From contig CBDCFN010000015.1 of assembly GCA_965216315.1 (NCBI GenBank), positions 128,001 to 192,000 of the forward strand: a DNA stretch of 64,000 nucleotides, given 5' to 3'. Made by a program: the position numbers and the translations under genes. Below, piece after piece: positions 38,462-46,500 of this stretch. The notes beneath the pieces were generated by a model. That model worked only from the letters and a program-made list of their open reading frames with translations, was not told where the DNA came from and ran no database searches. Each line of letters begins with the position of its first letter. Within the stretch, counting starts at the first letter, position 1. Source of the DNA: a bacterium. Its GTDB lineage: Bacteria; UBA10199; 2-02-FULL-50-16; JAJFLM01.

Positions 38462-39832
38462 ATGTCATTGGGACTGAGCTCAATTGGCTCACTGCACACC
38501 GCCACGCTGATGACATCGGGGCTATGTGCAGCGACCTCGACGTCTTCGTTCAGCGCCGACCAGCTAAGCGCCTTTAATCGGCTGACCATCGCCGAGGATC
38601 ATCGGCCGGACTATCCCGGCGGCCCTCTCGGCACGCGCCACTTTAACGGACAAGTTCTCACACCCATCGCAAGCCCGCGGGCCTCGATAGGAAACGTCTT
38701 GTTGATCAATTCGGGCGGAGACAGCCGCGGCTACAACTGCATCAACTACGGAGCCTATCTCGAACTCACCGCCGGTAAACTCCGTGTCTTTGGCAGCATG
38801 AACGGTTTTGCGGGACTGACGAATCCACGTCCGCAGATCATTGAGCTCAACTCGCATATCACCTCGCAGCTCGCCCACGAAGGGCACCTGCTGCTCGCGA
38901 CCGGGAGTCGTCGCTGCGGCCCTTACGACCAGATTCCAGGCCTCGCCCAAGAGGCGCCGTTGAATAACTTCATGGCGAACATCGCCCCCTTTCTCGGTGG
39001 CCTGCTCGTCGTCGGTGGCGATGGAACCCTCCAGCTCTGCCAACGACTCGTAAAGGAAGCAGGGATCAAAAACCTGATCTTCGCCGGGGCGAGTATGGAC
39101 GGGGACATCCCGGGCATGGAGTCCTCGATCGGTATGGACTCCTCCCTCGACTACGTCGTCGGCGCCATTCGCTCGATCCAGCGAACATCCGGCAGTTGCA
39201 ACAAAGTCCACATCATTCAGACGATGGGCGGAAACAGCGGCCGTTTTCCCCTGGAAGCCGCCCACTCGGCCGGCATCCGGGCCGTCATCGTCCCCGAATT
39301 GGGTACGATAGACATGCAATACATCTACCGCCTCTTATTTAAGTCTTTACTGGAAAATCGCGGCGCCGTCCTCGTCATCGGGGAGAAGGGGAGTTACCGC
39401 ACCATGCACGGGGAAAAAATTTCCTTCGCCCCCCAAAAGGGTTCGATGAACGGCAAAGAGGTTGAAAAGTTGCGCGCGATCGTCGATCAAGAAATGAACG
39501 AGGTAGCCGCAACACTTTATCCTGATCTCAAAATCTCCACGCGCACGAACATTCTCGGTCATGCCCAACGCCAGCCCGGCAAATTGGCGCAAATCGATCT
39601 TCGTGAGGGCATGGATATGGGGCGCCGCATGGTCCGCGCCCTGCTCGGAGGAGATGAGGGAATGATAATCCCTATGGATGAACGTGATCCGATGATATCA
39701 ATTGACGATGCCCTCTCAGAAAATTCGCGGCAGGCCGGCCGAACCCGCGTCCTCAAGCGCTGGCTGGACAATTTTGGGCCCTTTTATCCGGAGCTCACAG
39801 ACCGATTGCGTGAACGCGAATCCCGCCCGTAG
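38462..39832 (+). CDS. Divergent PfkA-family (6-phosphofructokinase-like) protein with N-terminal extension
   Basis: SGGDSRGYN, GGDGT, SMDGDIPG, SIG, TMGG, LGHAQR. Confidence 0.78.
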   Translation: MSLGLSSIGSLHTATLMTSGLCAATSTSSFSADQLSAFNRLTIAEDHRPDYPGGPLGTRHFNGQVLTPIASPRASIGNVLLINSGGDSRGYNCINYGAYLELTAGKLRVFGSMNGFAGLTNPRPQIIELNSHITSQLAHEGHLLLATGSRRCGPYDQIPGLAQEAPLNNFMANIAPFLGGLLVVGGDGTLQLCQRLVKEAGIKNLIFAGASMDGDIPGMESSIGMDSSLDYVVGAIRSIQRTSGSCNKVHIIQTMGGNSGRFPLEAAHSAGIRAVIVPELGTIDMQYIYRLLFKSLLENRGAVLVIGEKGSYRTMHGEKISFAPQKGSMNGKEVEKLRAIVDQEMNEVAATLYPDLKISTRTNILGHAQRQPGKLAQIDLREGMDMGRRMVRALLGGDEGMIIPMDERDPMISIDDALSENSRQAGRTRVLKRWLDNFGPFYPELTDRLRERESRP

Positions 39833-39839
39833 TTTCTAG

Positions 39840-39865
39840 CAACTTTTCTCCCGCCCCGGCGACAC
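39840..39865 (+). promoter_or_regulatory. CAAC-N16-CGACAC promoter motif (weaker -10)
   Basis: GCAACTTttctcccgccccgGCGACAC upstream of ORF 39909. Confidence 0.5.
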
Positions 39866-39908
39866 AGTCGGTGGTTGTTGTTAATCATCCCATTCGGGAG
39901 GGGACTCT

Positions 39909-41492
39909 ATGCACATGTCATCGGCACTTTTAAATACGGCACTCGTAAACCAATCGGCTCTGGCAGCCTCATCCACCGTTACCACGGGAATCAACCTGCC
40001 TTATCCTTCGGGAACGCGTTTTCTCCACGAGATACTCGTGGACACCGCTGCAACCGCCCGTTTCGCCAACATCTTTGCAGATGTTCGCCTACCGAGCTCC
40101 CCGCAAGATTTTCAACGGACTTATCGTCACGCGGTTATGCATTTTGAAGGGGCCCGCACCGCCTCACCGGATCGCACCGAGATCGCCACTCATCTGGCCG
40201 GCTTGTCGCAGGAGCGCATGGTATATGTTGATGAGACCGGCAAAGAAATACCGCTACTCGACTACATGTTAGGGGAAGCGGATCCACTGCCGATCGCAAC
40301 CATCGAGTTCTCCGGCGCGGGGTTGATGCCGCGCATTTCTTACGGCAACACGACTCATCAAGGTGAGGAAATCATTTCCCTCGCCAGTGATTTTGCGGAC
40401 CGTCACATGGCCTCACACGCCGCAACGGATGCCTTGCAATGGATTATTGAAAACGGCCGCGATGAAAATGGGCACGTCAATTTAAAGGGTCAGAAGTTTG
40501 CGATCCTCGGCGCAGGAGCCGAATTATCGCCGACCCAAGTTCTCCTTGAGGCCGGTGCCGATGTCTTGTGGATTGACCTCAATCCCCCCTCGGAAGAGTT
40601 TCTTCAGCGACCCGGACTCAGTGGCAGCATTACTTTTGTCCCCGAGCGCCAGGCGGACCTGCTGAATCGACCTCGCGAAATCGCCGAGACGATTGAAAAG
40701 TTCGCTGACGGCCAAGCCGTCAACATCGGAACCTTTGCCTACGCTGCCGGCTCCGGCCTCGAGTGGCGGCTGACCACGGCGATGAATGTCATTGTACGTC
40801 GCCTGCGTCCCGAAACGATCAAATCATACAGTACGTTTATCTCGCCGACCTCGCCGGCCGTGACGCAGCCGGACGACTTAGACGCGGCCCGTGCCGGAGT
40901 GCGCGTCAAGCACATGTTGGTTTCGGCCGCACGCCTCTTCGGGCGTCTTCGACCAAATCACCATCCATATGGCAATATCCATATGGCCGATACAATCGTG
41001 CCCTTGCAAAAAACGGGCTATCAAGGGGCCCAATACATCGAAAAAGTTTGTGCCGCCGAGGCCATCGCCGCCTACGGCAACCGGATGGACCGGCACATCG
41101 GCCACCCGGTCACCGTCTCCGCCAACGTCGCGGGCATCAGCCAGACCAAGAACATGCAGATCCCCGCCTTTCAATTGGGTTTCATCGGGGCGCCGGCTTT
41201 TGGACTTGAGACCTACCAGCCGGAAACCACGCGCTGGCTCAGCGGGTTAATCATGTTATCGGATCTCTTAAACGAGGCGTCGCCGGCAACACCTTCAACG
41301 TCCTATCGCGATGAACAGGATCGGGCTCGGGCCCTCTTTTCACGCCAGGTTCACGGGGGGATCTTTGCCCACCCCTATGCCTTGAATGAATTAATCACTT
41401 TGGCGGGACTCGTCGGAGCAAAGCGCAACCTGCGGCTGGCCGCGCGCGCACTCGCCGAACAATTAAAGGGTGGCAAGAAAAAGAAAGGCTAA
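39909..41492 (+). CDS. Hypothetical protein with Rossmann-like motif
   Basis: 527-aa ORF; FAILGAGAELSP..LLEAGADVLWID dinucleotide-binding-like segment. Confidence 0.75.
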   Translation: MHMSSALLNTALVNQSALAASSTVTTGINLPYPSGTRFLHEILVDTAATARFANIFADVRLPSSPQDFQRTYRHAVMHFEGARTASPDRTEIATHLAGLSQERMVYVDETGKEIPLLDYMLGEADPLPIATIEFSGAGLMPRISYGNTTHQGEEIISLASDFADRHMASHAATDALQWIIENGRDENGHVNLKGQKFAILGAGAELSPTQVLLEAGADVLWIDLNPPSEEFLQRPGLSGSITFVPERQADLLNRPREIAETIEKFADGQAVNIGTFAYAAGSGLEWRLTTAMNVIVRRLRPETIKSYSTFISPTSPAVTQPDDLDAARAGVRVKHMLVSAARLFGRLRPNHHPYGNIHMADTIVPLQKTGYQGAQYIEKVCAAEAIAAYGNRMDRHIGHPVTVSANVAGISQTKNMQIPAFQLGFIGAPAFGLETYQPETTRWLSGLIMLSDLLNEASPATPSTSYRDEQDRARALFSRQVHGGIFAHPYALNELITLAGLVGAKRNLRLAARALAEQLKGGKKKKG

Positions 41493-42361
41493 GGCAGCGT
41501 CTTGCGTTTGGTTGGAGTGGGGGGATCGCTGTCTTCGTCTTCAGTCTTCATGCGAATCACGTGATCCATGAAAACTGCGGGGTCGACGTAATAGATGCGG
41601 GCTTCATCGTCTTCCGCTTCGCCGACGGGCGTGAGGCTATTCGGATCATAAAGCTGGCCTTCTTCAGCCTTTTCATCGGCCTCGTCTTCAACGCGATTAA
41701 GCACAAACGGTTGACCTTCCTCCATAACCTCGCTCAGAGCTTCACCGACACAGCTCCCCGCATCTTTCACCTCGATAGCATAGATCGCCCAGTAGACGAC
41801 ATTACCCAGCGTTCCGTTAACCTTAATGCTGTAGAGACCTGACTCGACACCCGCCTTAAACCGAAACTTAATCGTTCCATCGGCTTCAACGGGCAACTGA
41901 TAGCCCGGTTTACCTGGATCCGCATCTCCGGGGGTTATCGTCAACCCTAAGTCAGCAATCGACGGAGAACCACTGACACCATCTTTCTCGATAAAGAGAT
42001 CCACCGTCGGCCCATCACTCATCGGCTCAACGGTTCTCACTTCGGTCTCCGACCATTCGACCGTTTGGCCTTCGGTATAACTGCAGAGCGGTTCGCGAGA
42101 CAGAACGAGCCGCAGACATTCATAATCCGTCGCGGCACGACAATCGATTTGGGGAATTGGGGCTGCGACCTGGTGATCCGTTTCTCCGGGACCCGCGAGC
42201 GGGGGAGTATCCATCGCTTCGCTACTCCCGCCGACATCGACACCTTCCGCACCTTCGGTGATGGTTGCACCGGTCGCGGCCGGACCACCGCCGGTCTCAA
42301 AACAGGCACAAATGAAAACAATCACGATGAGAGGGTAAAATATACGCATTCCGCCAGACAC
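41489..42361 (-). CDS. Acidic lipoprotein, hypothetical
   Basis: Lipobox ICAC; SD GAGGAG. Confidence 0.7.
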   Translation of the reverse strand: MSGGMRIFYPLIVIVFICACFETGGGPAATGATITEGAEGVDVGGSSEAMDTPPLAGPGETDHQVAAPIPQIDCRAATDYECLRLVLSREPLCSYTEGQTVEWSETEVRTVEPMSDGPTVDLFIEKDGVSGSPSIADLGLTITPGDADPGKPGYQLPVEADGTIKFRFKAGVESGLYSIKVNGTLGNVVYWAIYAIEVKDAGSCVGEALSEVMEEGQPFVLNRVEDEADEKAEEGQLYDPNSLTPVGEAEDDEARIYYVDPAVFMDHVIRMKTEDEDSDPPTPTKRKTLP

Positions 42362-42376
42362 TCCTCAGTGTAACAA

Positions 42377-42403
42377 TTATCGGCCGGAGGCTCCACTAAG
42401 TTG
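42377..42403 (-). promoter_or_regulatory. CAAC-N17-CGATAA promoter motif
   Basis: GCAACTTagtggagcctccgGCCGATAA; the -10 equals the FliA consensus GCCGATAA. Confidence 0.62.
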
Positions 42404-42472
42404 CATTATTAAGCGCATTGAATCCAATAAATATTTCTTAATAATATTAGCAACTTAGTGGGCCTGTCCCGG

Positions 42473-42730
42473 CTAATCTTCAATACGCTGTCCCGACGCC
42501 CTTTGCGGACTCGATGCGCCCCGTCGTGCCGCCGTCAGCGGCGCCGCGCGTCCTTCACACATCAGCGTCAGCTTCTTCAGCGAATGGTCATCGGTCCCCG
42601 TAATCTCCAGCGTACACGCCTCATCGGCATGCTCCGCTTGGGCCGTATGAATTTCATCCCGACACGCCGGCCAGGATTTGGGATCATCAAGCGTATAAAC
42701 ACAAGTCTCAACAGTTCTTACATCAGGCAT
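42473..42730 (-). CDS. Small hypothetical protein with 4 Cys
   Basis: Strong SD GGAGG; promoter motif at 42775-42800. Confidence 0.6.
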   Translation of the reverse strand: MPDVRTVETCVYTLDDPKSWPACRDEIHTAQAEHADEACTLEITGTDDHSLKKLTLMCEGRAAPLTAARRGASSPQRASGQRIED

Positions 42731-42774
42731 AGTCTCTCCTCCATAGTTTCGTTAGCCGCTACACACAGTTTTAG

Positions 42775-42800
42775 TTATCGTCGAACACTGGCAAGAGTTG
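42775..42800 (-). promoter_or_regulatory. CAAC-N16-CGATAA promoter motif
   Basis: ACAACTCttgccagtgttcgACGATAA. Confidence 0.6.
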
Positions 42801-42874
42801 TGGAAACCCTAAAGGGATTGGGATATTTGTGTCTAATTTATTAGACTATAGAAATGACTAGAATAGGTAGCTAA

Positions 42875-43456
42875 TTAGCCGCCAAAATAAGCAGGGGCAT
42901 TGCCCGCCTTCCATTTGATATTGCAGCCGATCGAAGGCGTTTGCTCGGCCGGCACTTCTTTGCCGGCGATCACTTGATCTGCCGCCGCGCGCATATCCTC
43001 CCCCGTGACCGGGATATCGTTGCTCGGTCGGCTCGCATCAAACTGCCCGCGATAAGCGAGCTTGTGGTTCTTATCGAAGAGGAAAAAATCCGGCGTGCAG
43101 GCCGCAGTGTAGGCCTTGGCGACCTCTTGCGTTTCATCATATAAATAATGAAACTTATATCCCCGACTCTCCACTTCCGCCTTCATCTTCTCCGGACTGT
43201 CATCGGGATGGGTTTCCACGTCATTACTATTGATCCCGACAACCTTCAGGCCTTTCGCTTCGTATTCGCTGGCAAATGCCGCTAACGCGTCTGCAATGTG
43301 TTTCACGAAAGGACAGTGATTGCAGATGAACATGACGAGGAGAGGCTGGTTGGAATAATCACTTAATGAGACCGTCATGCCGCTGACGACATCGGGAAGA
43401 GAAAAGTCCGGGGCCGGTGTCCCCAGGGACAACATCGTGGATTCAGTCATGACCAT
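42875..43456 (-). CDS. Thioredoxin-fold AhpC/TSA family protein (PRX-like1)
   Basis: FICNHCPFV, AACTPDFF, YRGQFD, PSIGCNIKWK. Confidence 0.92.
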   Translation of the reverse strand: MVMTESTMLSLGTPAPDFSLPDVVSGMTVSLSDYSNQPLLVMFICNHCPFVKHIADALAAFASEYEAKGLKVVGINSNDVETHPDDSPEKMKAEVESRGYKFHYLYDETQEVAKAYTAACTPDFFLFDKNHKLAYRGQFDASRPSNDIPVTGEDMRAAADQVIAGKEVPAEQTPSIGCNIKWKAGNAPAYFGG

Positions 43457-43522
43457 GGTCGCCTCCTCACGTAGTCCCTATAGTAAAGACGAGAATCTGG
43501 CTCAGGTCAATGAAAGAGATGC

Positions 43523-46500
43523 TTAGTCCATCGTCCCCGTACGCGGCAGGAGAATTCCCGTGTCGTAGAGGGCTTGAATCCCGTCCGTTCCAAAGACTTC
43601 GGTAAGGCGTTCAACGCCAAAACCGAGCTCAACTAAATGACGCGCCAGGTCCAATTGAAGCTCCAACTCTTGCCGCGCTATTAGGTCCGGCATTGTCGGT
43701 TCACTACCGGTACCTTCAAATGAGAAAATATAGGGAACCGAACCACTCTCCGTTGTCAGCTGAAGCTGAACCGTGGAAGCCTCTGAGTCGATATGATACG
43801 TCAGGGCAGCTTGGCCATTATTGTCTCGTGACGCGAGCATCAAACCGCCCAGAGTCAGGTTGAGATTGAGAAGTTGAGCGTCGCGTTCGTTCGCCTCATT
43901 CCTGCGGGCTTCCTCGCGCGCCCGAAACTCAGGCGTCCAGATGACATTAAAGACAGGAAGCAACTCACGTAAATAGTAGCTTTCTAAGCTCTCGCGAGTC
44001 TCTGGTGTACTCGCCTCATCATCAACGTCACGCACGCGCATGAATTCGCTCATCAGGTTTGCCAGTTGTTCAATCGGCTGCCGTAACTCGACATAGCGTT
44101 CCGGCGCATGCTGATAACGCGAGATGATGTGGTTCGCATATGTTTCCACTCGGGAAAGTTCCGATACCCAAAAGTTGTTATCATCAACCAAAGCTTCTTC
44201 GTTACGCACACCTTTCCCTTCGACAACAGTCACTTCGGTCGCGGCTTCTACCGGACGGATCGCGACAGCGTCCATCGCTATTACCGGAGTCACCTCGGGT
44301 TCCTGCATCGAGATCGGTTCAACGGGTATATCCACTGCGTCGTGGAGGCTCATCGCTGTTTTGGCCTCGTCACCGCGGGTCGGATGGATATGATAACCCG
44401 TCCCTCCGGCCTCGATGGCCGCTTGCATTTCCTCAGCACGCCGCAAATCATCGGCGGCCATAATCCGACTGGCCTCATCTAGAAGATCCCTGCGCGTCCG
44501 CGACTCGCCAAAATCAATCAAGCGCAACTCGACTCCATCCCAAACGACATTGGCTGGACTCACATCGTTGTGAAAAACACCGATGTCGTGGAGTTGGCTT
44601 AAATTGTCTGCAAAACGATCCCACGCCTCGGTCGGAATCTCCGCGCGCTCTTCCACCGTTAATCGATCGAGACTCTCGCCCGGAACACGACTGATGATTA
44701 AGGCATCCGGGCGCACGCGGCCGATCAAAGCGGGAGTAAATCCCTCCATTCCGTTGAACTGAATCCACGCCAGAGCGTTTTGCTCAAAATTTAACGCGGT
44801 CGGTAAGGCGATCTTGGTCTGGTTGCCGTCCCCGTTGTCACGGAGATCGCCGGTGTAGAAATTTTCATGTTGAGTGGGATAGAGACGCGGGGCATCATCA
44901 GGCGCCAGTTGGACAGGACGAAGTTCGCCGAGGATGCGCGCGTAGTAAGTATCGCCAATTAAAATCGTATCGCCTTCCATCAGGCTATAATCTTGGCCAT
45001 CCGTGCGTTCCCTACCATTGATCGTTAGCGTGCCCTCCGTCGCCTGTACCCACATTTCGCCATCATCGATCTCATAGCGAATTCCTTCTAAGATACTTCC
45101 GTCGGCTTCGATGGGAATCGGACGGGCCTGATCCATCCGAGTAGAGGTCACATGAAAAATACCGTTGCCGCGGTCTACAAAGGTAATCTCATGTTGGTTA
45201 AATCCGGAACGGGTACGCGCTTTACCTAATGGTGTCGCCAAGAAAGCCTCTTCCAAGGAGTGACCTTCAGCCATGGCCTCACGTAGCGCAGCATCGGTTT
45301 CTGGATTCGCAACTTTCGTAATAATGTAAGGCGCGTTTGCAGTCGCTATCTGAAACAGTGACGAGAAAACCCCGTTTTGTTGATGACCATCTACTGTCGA
45401 TGCCCCGATGATCCGAACTCCACCATCGGCTTCAACCTGGTACATAAAACTACCGATCTGTTCGTTTGCTCTAAAAGCTAGTAAACGGTATTGTCCTGGG
45501 CCAAGAGGCTCCGCTGCATAGCGATCAATGTAAAAATCAGCTTCGGGTTGAATCCCAAGGATTTCTCTAGTGAAGCCCTCTCCGAGCACCGATGCCAATT
45601 CAGAGGACGACCATTGGTCTTGGAATAAACGAGTCAAAGCAAATTCATAGCGTCCTTGAGGGCTGTCAGAAATTATCAACCAAACATCACTCCGGCTAAG
45701 GTAATCCGTTACGCGCTCTGCCCAGCGCCTTTCAAACTCGGTCCGCACATCAGGAGAAAGCAGATCATAGCTATTGACCTCCGCTTCAACTAAGAGGCCG
45801 GATATTTCATCTGTCAGCCTGCTCCTTTCCTGTTCGATGAATCGTTGCCGGGACCAGTCCGGCAGCATCGATAACGATACTGAATCGTGGCGATCAATCA
45901 ATTGATCGACGACGGCCCCCAAACTGGGTGAGTTTCTATGTACTGGCAGTGCCGCATCGACCAGTGCCTGGACTTGGGCCTCTATATTTCCAAGATCTCC
46001 ATGGTTGCGACGGCCATTTTGACCGGTCTTGAATTCGCCCGCAACACCCCCATTATCGGCGTGATAATATTCCGTGCGAAGCACATCCGCAGAAATATCA
46101 ATGCCGTATTCGTCGCGCAAAATTCGTTGCGCCCGGCGCGCAATCTCCCGCGCATGTCTATTTTCACGCTGGTTGCGATCGGACATGGGATCGGCATCTT
46201 CATAGCCGTAATAAATTCCGCTGCCATCATCCGACCCGAAGATCGCCATCGCCATCGAAAGACCACCGTCGAAAACCGTTGCAAGAACCCCAGCGAGCGG
46301 TACAAGACATGTCATGGCTTGTTGTCCGGGCCCTGCTTCCGCGAGGTTAAAATCAGGCAAAGTCGTCATTTCCAACCAGTGATCGAACTCAATGATCGGC
46401 GTTAGCTCAGGCACAACATTCTCTTGCCGGGGGCGACGGACAAGAGACCCGCTGTTCATCAAACCACCCGCACGGATGAGACCGACCGTCATGAAGTGAT

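Noticed and set aside
38564..39319. 251-aa antisense ORF (likewise 62680..63330, 21717..22346, 7812..8441, 12237..12752)
   Set aside because: These are shadow ORFs opposite well-supported genes, with no motifs of their own.
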